From NCBI GenBank assembly GCA_038227875.1, contig JBBRPR010000028.1:40559-104558 (forward strand): a DNA stretch of 64,000 nt, in the 5' to 3' direction. A model generated the notes under the pieces. It saw only the letters and a program-made list of their open reading frames with translations, was not told where the DNA came from and did not search any database. Of this stretch, positions 30,522-39,715 are shown piece by piece (positions within the stretch are counted from its first letter, which is position 1; every line of letters begins with the position of its first letter). The position numbers and the translations under genes are program-made. This stretch comes from Planctomycetota bacterium (GTDB taxonomy: Bacteria; Planctomycetota; SZUA-567; H5-PLA8).

Positions 30522-30676
30522 GTGTCAAGGAGCAAGCGGCCGTATGCTTGCTCCTTGCTGTTATGCTTGCGATTCACGCGCAAGCGGCTTGTAGAACGAT
30601 TCCGGGTGCGCGCGTTCAATTCTTGATGGGGCGCGTTGAGCAAGGAGCAAGCATACTGCCGCTTGCTCCTTGACAC
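30522..30676. repeat. Inverted palindrome doublet, family B copy 2
   Basis: gtgtcaaggagcaagcggccgtatgcttgctccttgc … gcaaggagcaagcatactgccgcttgctccttgacac (about 37-bp inverted repeat, 1 mismatch). Confidence 0.8.
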
Positions 30677-30689
30677 ACTGATCCACCGC

Positions 30690-31565
30690 CTACTTCCGCG
30701 CTGGACCGTGACCCCTGGCCCCCGCCCCCTGGGCGGCAGGTGCGGCGTGGCGGACCTGCGAAAACGCGGCTTCCCAGATGCGGTGAAAATCGCGGCGGCG
30801 TGTCATGCAGCCGCGGTTGGGATCGGTGACAGGATAGACCTGGCCCACGCGCAGCGCTTCGAAGAGAACCTTGCGGCCGTCGGCGAGTTCCGGCTTTACT
30901 TTCAGCGCAAATTGCAATTCGGCCTCGGTGATGCCCACCAGCAGCGCGACTTTGACCGCGTCCTGCAACTGATCGGCGATGAGCTGATCGGGCGGGCAGA
31001 TCAGCCAATGGGGCAGGGCGGCGATGCCGGGGTTCGGCGCTTTTTCGTCGCCTGCGGCGAGCACCGAGCCGTGGGTCAGCGGCGCGCCGGTTTCAATGGC
31101 GTAGCGCGCGGCGTGGGAGAGCAGCTTCACCGGCATCTTCGCGTCGCGCGCTCGCCAGTGGACGAGCAGTTCCGTGTGGCCGCCTTTGCCGTGCTCGGAT
31201 AGTCCGTGCGTCACCGAGACCCAGGTCATGCGGTCGGTGCGCGGCGAAAATTGGAGCACGCAGACGCCGTCATCGGCGGCGGCGGTGAGCGTCGGGCAGG
31301 TTTTTTCCTGGGCGTTGAGCGCCAGCTTGCCCAGCACCGCGCCGAAGATCTCGACGAACTTCTTTTCGCGCGCGGCGCCGTGGCTGGAGAGTTTCGCCGG
31401 CGCCTTTTTCGTCGCCGTCGCGGACTTCTTGCCCGGGGATTTGGCCGCGGACGAAGACGACGCGGCCGCCGAAACCTTGCCCTTCTTCACCGGTTTCGCG
31501 TGCTTGGCTGCCGGCTTGGCCGCCGGTTTGTTGCGCGTGCGGGAGCTCTTGGTCATCGTCGCCAT
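30690..31565 (-). CDS. Suppressor-of-fused (SUFU)-like domain protein with a Lys/Ala-rich N-terminal tail
   Basis: WVSVTHGLSE…ELLV and LLVGITEAELQFA resemble bacterial SUFU. Start at 31565 has GAGG upstream. Confidence 0.65.
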   Translation of the reverse strand: MATMTKSSRTRNKPAAKPAAKHAKPVKKGKVSAAASSSSAAKSPGKKSATATKKAPAKLSSHGAAREKKFVEIFGAVLGKLALNAQEKTCPTLTAAADDGVCVLQFSPRTDRMTWVSVTHGLSEHGKGGHTELLVHWRARDAKMPVKLLSHAARYAIETGAPLTHGSVLAAGDEKAPNPGIAALPHWLICPPDQLIADQLQDAVKVALLVGITEAELQFALKVKPELADGRKVLFEALRVGQVYPVTDPNRGCMTRRRDFHRIWEAAFSQVRHAAPAAQGAGARGHGPARK

Positions 31566-31566
31566 C

Positions 31567-33282
31567 TTATGCCTCGCCATTCTCCACGCTGTCGGCAGCC
31601 AACTCTTCTTCGGTGGCCAGTCCGTAGCGGGTCATTTTCCGGTGCAACGTTGAGCGATGGACGCCCAACCGCCGCGCGGCATCGGAGATGTTGCCTCCTG
31701 TAATCGACAGCGTGCGCAGGATGATGCGCTTTTCTTCCTGGTCCAGCGTCATGATTTCGCCGTCCTGCGGCGCACGGATCAACGCGGGGTCGATGTTCGA
31801 ATACGACGTAATCACTGGCGCGCCAGGAGCTCCGGCCACGCCAGGTTGTCCCGCGACCGGCGGTGCCGCGGGTGCAGGCACCCCGGGAAGCGGCTGGGCT
31901 TGAGCGGCGCCCGCCGTTTGAGGATTGGGCGGCGCAGAGGGCACGGGAATCGACGATGCCGACGGATTGCGTCCCGATACCGGCACGGCTCCCGCCGGCG
32001 GCGCCATCATCGCGCGGAATTGTTCACTGGTGTACGTCTCAGTCAGCTTCGGTGCGGGCACCGCCTGCGGTCCGAGCGTGAATTTCAAGATGTCCGGCGG
32101 CAGACTGTTGGGCGTGATGAACAGGCTATCTTCGAAAACCACCGCGCGTTCCACGGCGTTGCGCAGTTCGCGCACGTTGCCAGGCCACGGGTATTTCATC
32201 AGCACATCCAGCGCGGCCTGAGCAAAACCCTTTGCGCGGGTGTGGCCTTCCTTGCGGGCTTCGTCCAGGAAGTGCAGCGCCAGCGGCCCGACGTCTTCGG
32301 GGCGTTCGCGGAGCGTGGGCAGTTCCAGCACCAGGATGGCGAGGCGGTAATACAGGTCGATGCGGAACATGCTCGTCTTGATGTTCTGCTGAATGTTCTG
32401 ATTGGTCGCCGAGATCACGCGGGCGTTGACCTTGATCGTGCGGTCGCCGCCGACGCGCCGGATCTCGCGGTTTTCCAGCGCGCGGAGCAGACGCACCTGC
32501 ATGTCCGGCCGCATTTCGCCGATTTCGTCGAGGAACAGCGTGCCGCCATGCGCCTGTTCAAAGCAGCCCGCGCGCCGCCCGATGGCTCCGGTGAACGCAC
32601 CTTTTTCGTGGCCGAAAAGTTCGCTTTCGAGCAGGCTTTCGGGAATCGCGCCGCAGTTGATCGCCACAAACGGTCCGCTCTTGCGGCCCGAATTGAAATG
32701 CATCGCGCGCGCGAGCACTTCCTTGCCCGTACCGCTTTCGCCCAGGACCAGCACATCGGAGTCGCTGACGCTGGCGCGCCGTGCCTGGTCGAGCACCGCC
32801 TTCATCTGCGGCGAGTGGGCGATGATCTGGTCGAAGCCGTGAACCTTGACCAGCGCGCCTTCCAACTGCTGCACGCGCGCCTTCAGTTCGCGGAACTGCA
32901 AGGCGTTGCGCAGAATAGCCTGGAGACGGTCGAAGTCGAAGGGCTTGGTGAGAAAATCGTACGCGCCGCGCTTCATGCAGTCGACGGCCATCTCGACGCT
33001 GCCGGCAGCGGTCATCATGACGATGGGCAATTCTTTGTGGAGCGGATGAACTTCGCCCAGCAGCGCGCAGCCGTCGATGCCGGGGAGCATGATGTCCATG
33101 AGCACCACGTCGGGATCGATTTCCGCGAGCTTGGCCAGCGCTTCTTCGCCCGTGCGAATGATGAACGGCTCAAAGCCCTCGCGCTTCAATTGATAGCGGA
33201 GCAGCTCGCCGAAGCTGTTGTCGTCCTCCACCACCATGACGCGGCGGACGGCGGGGACTTCAGTGTGTTGCGCATCGCTCAT
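31567..33282 (-). CDS. Sigma-54-dependent response regulator (NtrC/AtoC family)
   Basis: Receiver domain (DIMLPG), [22 protein letters not shown] and a Fis-type HTH. Confidence 0.95.
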   Translation of the reverse strand: MSDAQHTEVPAVRRVMVVEDDNSFGELLRYQLKREGFEPFIIRTGEEALAKLAEIDPDVVLMDIMLPGIDGCALLGEVHPLHKELPIVMMTAAGSVEMAVDCMKRGAYDFLTKPFDFDRLQAILRNALQFRELKARVQQLEGALVKVHGFDQIIAHSPQMKAVLDQARRASVSDSDVLVLGESGTGKEVLARAMHFNSGRKSGPFVAINCGAIPESLLESELFGHEKGAFTGAIGRRAGCFEQAHGGTLFLDEIGEMRPDMQVRLLRALENREIRRVGGDRTIKVNARVISATNQNIQQNIKTSMFRIDLYYRLAILVLELPTLRERPEDVGPLALHFLDEARKEGHTRAKGFAQAALDVLMKYPWPGNVRELRNAVERAVVFEDSLFITPNSLPPDILKFTLGPQAVPAPKLTETYTSEQFRAMMAPPAGAVPVSGRNPSASSIPVPSAPPNPQTAGAAQAQPLPGVPAPAAPPVAGQPGVAGAPGAPVITSYSNIDPALIRAPQDGEIMTLDQEEKRIILRTLSITGGNISDAARRLGVHRSTLHRKMTRYGLATEEELAADSVENGEA

Positions 33283-33309
33283 AGACTTAAGACTCGCGAA
33301 GGGCCCGTA

Positions 33310-34428
33310 TTATAGACTCATTCCGTAACTGTTGTCTACGCCGGACTTAAGCTCTGATGAGAATTCGTGGTCGCGGGGGAAGAAAGTCTCCACCACGTGC
33401 ACGAAATCGGCCGTCGTCACACAACGACTGGCGTGAGCCCGGAAGTCGCGCGCGCCTCTGCGCCCCTGGGCGTAGCAGCACGAGTACTTGCGCATCAGCA
33501 GGTTGCCCCGCTCTTCGCCAAACCGTTCGACGACCTTGGTCTGGTGGCGTAACAACAAGTCCCGCTGCTCAGCGAGAGTGGGATCGGGCATCGGCGTTTC
33601 GCCCTTCAAGGCCGCCGCAACCTGCTTGAACAGCCACGGCTTGCCCAATCCGGCGCGCGCGATCATTACGCCGTCGACGCCGTACTTCACGAACGCATTC
33701 ACCGCCTGGGCCGGAGAGGAAATGTCGCCGTTTCCGATCAGCGGGATGCGCTTCAATACGTTCTTGATCGCGGCGATGCGCTCCCAGTCGGCATGGCCGT
33801 GGAAGAAATCCTCGGCGACGCGACCATGGCAGGTCATCGCGGCGGCGCCGGCATCCTCGATGGCGCGCGCGACTTCCAGGGCCGTAATGCAGCTATGCGT
33901 GCAACCCAGGCGGATCTTGGCCGTCACCGGCACCGGTTCGCAGGCTTTGACGACGCGGGAAACAATCATGTTCACGCGGCTGGGGTCTTTGAGCAGGTAG
34001 CTGCCGCTCTGTGCTTTCTCGGAAACTTTGCGCACCGGGCAGCCGAAGTTCAAATCGACCACGGAAACTTTGTAATCGAACGCCAGCCGCTTGCCGACTT
34101 CCGCCAGCGTATCGGGATCGTTATCCCACATCTGAACGGCCAGCGGCCGCGGTTCGTCGCGCACGCCCCAGAGCCGTTCGACGGTGCCTTTCAGTCCGCC
34201 CACCAGATGTACAAAGCCTTCGGCCGAAATCATTTCCGTGGCCTGTAGACCCGCGCCGCCGAATTCGCGGACGATCTGCCGGTAGACGTAATTGGTGAAC
34301 CCCGCCATCGGCGCCTGGAGCACCGGCGGATCAACGACCAACGGACCGATCTTGAGCGGCTTGGCGACGATGGATGTCGTGGGCAGCTCGTGGGTCGCAT
34401 GATCGCTGGTGGGGATCGTGAAATTCAT
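33310..34428 (-). CDS. dus: tRNA-dihydrouridine synthase (DusB-like)
   Basis: QAPMAGFTN, DLNFGCP, VTAKIRLG, HGR, GNGDI and GVMIAR. Confidence 0.92.
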   Translation of the reverse strand: MNFTIPTSDHATHELPTTSIVAKPLKIGPLVVDPPVLQAPMAGFTNYVYRQIVREFGGAGLQATEMISAEGFVHLVGGLKGTVERLWGVRDEPRPLAVQMWDNDPDTLAEVGKRLAFDYKVSVVDLNFGCPVRKVSEKAQSGSYLLKDPSRVNMIVSRVVKACEPVPVTAKIRLGCTHSCITALEVARAIEDAGAAAMTCHGRVAEDFFHGHADWERIAAIKNVLKRIPLIGNGDISSPAQAVNAFVKYGVDGVMIARAGLGKPWLFKQVAAALKGETPMPDPTLAEQRDLLLRHQTKVVERFGEERGNLLMRKYSCCYAQGRRGARDFRAHASRCVTTADFVHVVETFFPRDHEFSSELKSGVDNSYGMSL

Positions 34429-34575
34429 GACTCGGAGTATATCGGCAATTTCTTCAATAGCGACGGAGGAATCGTAGACAGAATCCTGCTGCTCCGCGCG
34501 ACATATTTCTGCTGTTTTCCGGTAAAGGTCAACGGGTTGATTCGGAATATACGTTGTACGAACAGGGAGGCCAGG

Positions 34576-36447
34576 ATGAGCGACGCGGTGAAGCACGACG
34601 GACAACTCTTGGAGCAGTTTGCCTTATCTGGCGCGGAAGAGCCTTTCGCCGAGCTGGTACGTCGCCACGAGTCATTGGTCTTTGGCGCTTGCTACCGCGT
34701 GTTGGGACAGACGCACGACGCTGAAGATGCGGCTCAGGCCGTGTTCCTGACGCTGGCCCATCGCGCGAATGCACTGAGAGGTTACCGCTCCGTGGCCGGT
34801 TGGCTTCACACCGTGGCGTGGAACATTTCGCTGCGTGCGCGGGATGCGTCACGGGCTCGCCGCAACCGGGAACTGGAGGCAGGAAACATGGCGATGACGT
34901 CACGCGAAGAAGCACCGGGCCGTCCCGGCAACGAGGAGTGGGCGCAAGTGGGCCCGCTGCTCGATGCTGAACTGGCGTCGTTGCCTGAAAAGTACCGCAT
35001 CCCTCTCATTCTTCACCACGTTCAAGGCCACACGCAGCAGCAGATCGCGCAGCTGCTGGGTTGCACCGCCGGCGCGCTTTCCCGGCGGATGAGCCGCGCG
35101 GAAGAACTGCTCCGCGGACGGCTTTTGCGCCGCGGCATAGTGTTTTCGCCAGCCGTTTTGTTCCTGCTGATTTCAACGCACGCGCCCGCGTCGGCGCCTG
35201 CACATTTGATGGCATCGGTGGTACACGCAGCGCCTTTGATCTGGGCGGGGCATGCCGCGACGCCTCATCATTTTACGGCCCGGGCAAGGGCCTTATCCGA
35301 AGGAGCACTGAGAACCATGTACATCGCAAAATTGAAGATCGCGGCCGGAGTATTTGTTGCCGCCGGAATCCTGGGAGCGGCGGCGATCGCCATGTATCCG
35401 GCGTCGGCCGCGGAAGGGCCGGCCGTCCCTGTCGCTGCGCCGCTGGTCGCACGAACCGCTGTTCCGGTTTCTCCTGCCAAACGTGATCTGAAAGATTCAA
35501 ATCCCGTCGCGCCCGTTTTGCACGCTGCGCCTGCCGCACCTGTCGATCCGGAGATCGCGACGTGGATTCAGCAGTTGGCACATCAGGACGCGGAAGTCCG
35601 CCTGGCGGCGATGGAACACCTCCGCAAGTCTGGTGAGAAAGCCCGGACCGCACTCGAAGCTGCCGCCGCGAATGGACCCGACGACATCAAGAATCGGGCG
35701 GCGGTGTTATGTGGCGTCTTGAAAACCGCGCCGCTGGTTCAGACGATCGCGGCGCAATCGCAACAACTGAAGAGTTATCAGGCTGACCTGGATTTCAATT
35801 GGATCATGGGCGGCGTTCCGGTTGCCTTGAAAGGGCGAGTCAAAGCTCTCCCGGAGAAGCGCTTCTTTGTGACGGATCTGGCCATGACGTGGGGGATGAA
35901 CATCACCAGCCATTCCGTCTGCGATGGCAAAGCGGTCTGGGCGGAGTCCACGGTTCCAGGACCCGGCATGGCAACCCGCAAGCCGGTGCTCAAGACACTG
36001 CTGGACGATGCTGACGCCGATGCCAACCCGGCCAATTTTATGAGCTACGCCGGCAAAATCGATTTCACCGCCACGAAGGATGACGTGCTCGGCAACGTCG
36101 CGGTCCGCGTCTTGGACGGAGTCTTGCGGGACGACTATCGCAGTAAACAGCCCAAGGTGCTGGGACCGATTGGCGCGATTATGTCGGATCAGTACACCTC
36201 CGCCGCCCGCTGTACGTTGTGGGTGGGCAAGGATGACGGCCTGCCGCGAAAGCTGGAGATGAAAGACGAGCAGAACAACACGATTGTGACCAACACATTC
36301 ACCGGCATCGTCTTTGGAATAAAATTGGACGACGCGCAGTTTGTTTACTGTCCCCCGCCCAACACTGTGGTGACGGACCTCGACGCCGTCGAGCCGGCGG
36401 AGAAGCCGGCCGACAGCGGTGCCGCCAGCAAGGGCAAGGATTTCTAG
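34576..36447 (+). CDS. ECF sigma factor with a long C-terminal extension (TM, HEAT-like, LolA-like)
   Basis: FAELVRRH…DAEDAAQAVFL…WLHTVA and LPEKYRIPLILHH, then TM and LWVGKDDGLPRKLE…FVYCPP. GGGAGG RBS at 34565. Confidence 0.88.
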   Translation: MSDAVKHDGQLLEQFALSGAEEPFAELVRRHESLVFGACYRVLGQTHDAEDAAQAVFLTLAHRANALRGYRSVAGWLHTVAWNISLRARDASRARRNRELEAGNMAMTSREEAPGRPGNEEWAQVGPLLDAELASLPEKYRIPLILHHVQGHTQQQIAQLLGCTAGALSRRMSRAEELLRGRLLRRGIVFSPAVLFLLISTHAPASAPAHLMASVVHAAPLIWAGHAATPHHFTARARALSEGALRTMYIAKLKIAAGVFVAAGILGAAAIAMYPASAAEGPAVPVAAPLVARTAVPVSPAKRDLKDSNPVAPVLHAAPAAPVDPEIATWIQQLAHQDAEVRLAAMEHLRKSGEKARTALEAAAANGPDDIKNRAAVLCGVLKTAPLVQTIAAQSQQLKSYQADLDFNWIMGGVPVALKGRVKALPEKRFFVTDLAMTWGMNITSHSVCDGKAVWAESTVPGPGMATRKPVLKTLLDDADADANPANFMSYAGKIDFTATKDDVLGNVAVRVLDGVLRDDYRSKQPKVLGPIGAIMSDQYTSAARCTLWVGKDDGLPRKLEMKDEQNNTIVTNTFTGIVFGIKLDDAQFVYCPPPNTVVTDLDAVEPAEKPADSGAASKGKDF

Positions 36448-36525
36448 TCGCACGCGAAGTGCACGGTCTTACGGGATTCGGAATCCACGCGCGGATTCCG
36501 AATCTCGTTTCGCTGTATGTCAATG

Positions 36526-36853
36526 CTGAACACACTGCCAGCCGTGCGATACGAGCAGCCATTCGACAGCGTGATCGTCAGCGCGACGCCGCGGTCGTGC
36601 TTTGTGATTCCGATGATTCCATTTATTTGCCTCTGGTCGGGTGGATCACTGGGCGGGATCTACGGCTCGCAGATCATGAAGGGTCAATTCAATCCCGCCA
36701 TGTCGTTGTTCGGTCTGCCATTTCTGGCTGCACGGTGTTTCTCGTCGGCTACGTCTTGATGGGTATTTTCGGACGCGTGGAAATCCGCCTGCGCGGCGAC
36801 GACGGAGAAGTGTTCACGGCGTTGGTCTTATTGGCCGGACGAAGCGCTTTCAA
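36526..36853 (+). pseudogene. Frameshifted internal copy of gene 38357-39031
   Basis: Near-identical to 38528-38851, with 1-nt deletions (ctggctgcacg vs ctggcgggcacg; ttcacggcg vs ttcaccggcg). Confidence 0.88.
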
Positions 36854-36946
36854 CGCCGCCGAATTCGCGGACGATCTGCCGGTAGACGTAATTGGTGAAC
36901 CCCGCGATCGGCGCCTGAGCACCGGCGGATCGATGACCAATGGACC
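36854..36946 (-). pseudogene. Duplicated 5' fragment of dus
   Basis: Near-identical to 34254-34347 (GPLVVDPPVLQAPMAGFTNYVYRQIVREFGG codons), with a 1-nt deletion. Confidence 0.88.
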
Positions 36947-36958
36947 ACAGCTTCCGGA

Positions 36959-38233
36959 TTACTCCGTCCAAATGGCGGGTGGCGCAAGCCGTTCCCTTTG
37001 GCTGGCGCGCAGTCTAGCTTCCTGGCGCCGTTTGATAATGCGTTGACGCACAAATTCCGGCGTGAACTTCAGGCTGCTCTCCGGATCCTGATTGGCGATG
37101 TAAAAGACGAGGTAGACAACTAGGATGGTCAAGCAGATCACGGGAATGGCTTTCCATGAGCCGGGGAGCGAAAGCGTGAGGGCGACCAGTCCTGCGGTGC
37201 TCATCTGCACCAGGAACACGCCGCGCAGCGAAAATTTGCAGAAGCATACCGCCACCAGCAGCAATTGAAGGAGCGCCAGCGGTACCACTGCAATTAAGCT
37301 GCAGAAGGCGATCGGCAACGCTAATGTACTCAACGTTGCAATCCAGCTTGCGGCATACAGCCAGCCCGGAATAGCCCACAGCGGCTGCATGGCGTTTTCC
37401 AGAGCGACGCATCCGGCATAAATCATCAGCCACCCTATCGATCCGTACAGCACTGTTCCACTGAGGCGTCGAAGTCCCAGCACCCAGCGCCGCGAAGCCG
37501 GCGTGCCGGGCATCGGCTGTCCGGCTGGAGTTTTCGGCACGTCAACCACGGCTTCGATAAAGTCGAACAGATGCAGAACCATCAACGCCAGAGTGACGAT
37601 GTCCCAGAGGACAAATGCGCCACTGAAAAGGAAAAGAAAAACACTTCCGGCGACTTTGTGGATGGGCCTGAATTCGTCAAGATTTCCGTAGGTCATTTGC
37701 CCGAGAAAGAACATTGTCAGCAGTATGCCGGCGGCCGCCGCAGCCCCGGCAGCGCAGCGGATCAGCATGGCCTGCGGGAGCATGACAATCAGGTTGCAGC
37801 GCGGATTGCGTACGATCGCTTTTTGAGAGATGCCAATTTCCTTGTAGCACGCCGGCGACCTATACAGGATTCCGACACACAACTGGAAGATCTGCTTCAG
37901 CAACGAAACGCAGATGAAATACAAGGGGACGCACGGCAGCCAAACCGTGAGCGGGGTAATCCACGGCGGCAAAATGTATCCGCACAACAGCGCGACCATC
38001 GTCAGGATCGTCCACAACTTGATGTATCTTGACATCGGTGAAGGCGGCGGAGCGGGACGCGTACGTAAAGGAAGTTTCACACGCTGTCGCGCGGTAGTGG
38101 CGGGCGGCAGAGGGGACTGATTGGGAACCACCAATTCCGGTTCTGTCACCGGAGCGACGGCCTGCGCTTCAGAAACCGGACCCGGTGGGGAATCGCCAGC
38201 GGGAGATGGAACATCGGACTCGATATCGGCCAC
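36959..38233 (-). CDS. Multi-pass membrane protein
   Basis: 424 aa with many hydrophobic helices. GTG start with GGAG RBS. Confidence 0.75.
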   Translation of the reverse strand: MADIESDVPSPAGDSPPGPVSEAQAVAPVTEPELVVPNQSPLPPATTARQRVKLPLRTRPAPPPSPMSRYIKLWTILTMVALLCGYILPPWITPLTVWLPCVPLYFICVSLLKQIFQLCVGILYRSPACYKEIGISQKAIVRNPRCNLIVMLPQAMLIRCAAGAAAAAGILLTMFFLGQMTYGNLDEFRPIHKVAGSVFLFLFSGAFVLWDIVTLALMVLHLFDFIEAVVDVPKTPAGQPMPGTPASRRWVLGLRRLSGTVLYGSIGWLMIYAGCVALENAMQPLWAIPGWLYAASWIATLSTLALPIAFCSLIAVVPLALLQLLLVAVCFCKFSLRGVFLVQMSTAGLVALTLSLPGSWKAIPVICLTILVVYLVFYIANQDPESSLKFTPEFVRQRIIKRRQEARLRASQRERLAPPAIWTE

Positions 38234-38356
38234 GCGCGTTCTCCAATAATGTGTTTTTAACCAACCACCCGCCGCGGTTCAGGTCACCGGCTTCTGCACG
38301 GCACGTAATGACACCTGTCTCTGGCGTGGCTGTGTGGCATAGACTAAAACAGCCTC

Positions 38357-39031
38357 ATGACCGCACGCTGCCCCAAATGTTCCGGCGCGATTGCCGAGGG
38401 CGATTTGAACGTCTCCGCCAACATCGCACGCTGCGCGGCGTGTAATGAGGTGTTTCCGCTCTCGGAATTGGTGACGGATAAAACCAGCGAGGAACGCGCC
38501 TCGGTTCTGGCTCCCCCTGTGGTCGATCTGAACACACCGCCAGCCGGGGTGCGGTATGAGCAGACGTTCGACGGCGTGATCGTCAGCGCGACGACGCGGT
38601 CGTGCTTTGTGATTCCGATGATTCCATTTATTTGCCTCTGGTCGGGTGGATCGCTGAGCGGAATCTACGGTTCGCAGATCATGAAGGGCCAATTCAATCC
38701 CGCCATGTCGTTGTTCGGTCTGCCATTTCTGGCGGGCACGGTGTTTCTCGTCGGCTACGTCTTGATGGGTATTTTCGGACGCGTGGAAATCCGCCTGCGC
38801 GGCGACGACGGAGAAGTCTTCACCGGCGTTGGACCCATTGGCCGGACGAAGCATTTTCAACTGAGCGAAGTGACCGGCGTGCATATGGAAGTGACGAAAC
38901 GAAGTAAGGGCGGCATCACGAAACAGATTGTGATCGACGGCCCTACGCCGATCAAATTCGGTTCGATGCTCAATTACGCGCGTCAGGAATTTCTGCTGGC
39001 CGTCTTGAAGAAACTGACGGCCAAGCAGTGA
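38357..39031 (+). CDS. Zinc-ribbon membrane protein
   Basis: CPKC…CAAC at the N-terminus, two TM helices and a soluble C-terminal domain. Confidence 0.8.
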   Translation: MTARCPKCSGAIAEGDLNVSANIARCAACNEVFPLSELVTDKTSEERASVLAPPVVDLNTPPAGVRYEQTFDGVIVSATTRSCFVIPMIPFICLWSGGSLSGIYGSQIMKGQFNPAMSLFGLPFLAGTVFLVGYVLMGIFGRVEIRLRGDDGEVFTGVGPIGRTKHFQLSEVTGVHMEVTKRSKGGITKQIVIDGPTPIKFGSMLNYARQEFLLAVLKKLTAKQ

Positions 39032-39034
39032 CAC

Positions 39035-39706
39035 TCACGCCAGCTTGCCGTCTTTCAAGCGCACGGTCCGGCTTGCGATTTTGGCGGCGTCTTCCGAATG
39101 CGTGGCCATCACCAGCGTCGTCTGATGTTCCTTGACCAACTCTGAAATCAACTGCAGCACCACGACGCTGCTGGCGCTATCGAGATTCCCGGTCGGTTCG
39201 TCGGCCAGCAGCAAGACCGGACTGTTGATCAGCGCGCGGGCCAGCGCGATGCGCTGCTGTTCGCCGCCGCTCAAAATGTCCGGATGGCTCGTGGCGCGTG
39301 CACCGAGGCCCACGCGATCCAACAATTGCTTCGCGCGCTGTTGCAGTTCGCCTTCGGGCAATCCGGCGAGGCGGCCGGGCAGGACCACGTTTTCGATCAC
39401 GTTCAGCGTCGGCAGCAGGTGGAAGAACTGAAAGACGAAGCCGATCCGCGAGCGGCGAAAGTGCGAAAGCTCGGTGTCGTTGAGCTTCATCAGTTCGCGG
39501 CCGTCGACGTTAATCTCGCCGCTGGTCGGCAGATCGAGTCCGCCGAGCAGATGGAGCAGGGTGCTCTTTCCCGAGCCGCTGGCGCCCATCAACGCGACAG
39601 CTTCACCGCGCGCAACGTCGAGATCGACGCCGCTGAGCGCCTGAACGGCGGCCGCGGTGGGACCGGCGGCTTCAAAGCGCTTGGTAATGTTGCGGGCGCG
39701 GATCAT
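39035..39706 (-). CDS. ABC transporter ATP-binding protein (LolD/MacB-like)
   Basis: GASGSGKST, LSGGEQQR, LLADEPTGNLD and ATH. Confidence 0.92.
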   Translation of the reverse strand: MIRARNITKRFEAAGPTAAAVQALSGVDLDVARGEAVALMGASGSGKSTLLHLLGGLDLPTSGEINVDGRELMKLNDTELSHFRRSRIGFVFQFFHLLPTLNVIENVVLPGRLAGLPEGELQQRAKQLLDRVGLGARATSHPDILSGGEQQRIALARALINSPVLLLADEPTGNLDSASSVVVLQLISELVKEHQTTLVMATHSEDAAKIASRTVRLKDGKLA

Positions 39707-39715
39707 CAAGAAGCT

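Noticed and set aside
36459..37046. 195-aa ORF as a real gene
   Set aside because: It is a read-through of the frameshifted duplicate and the antisense dus fragment.
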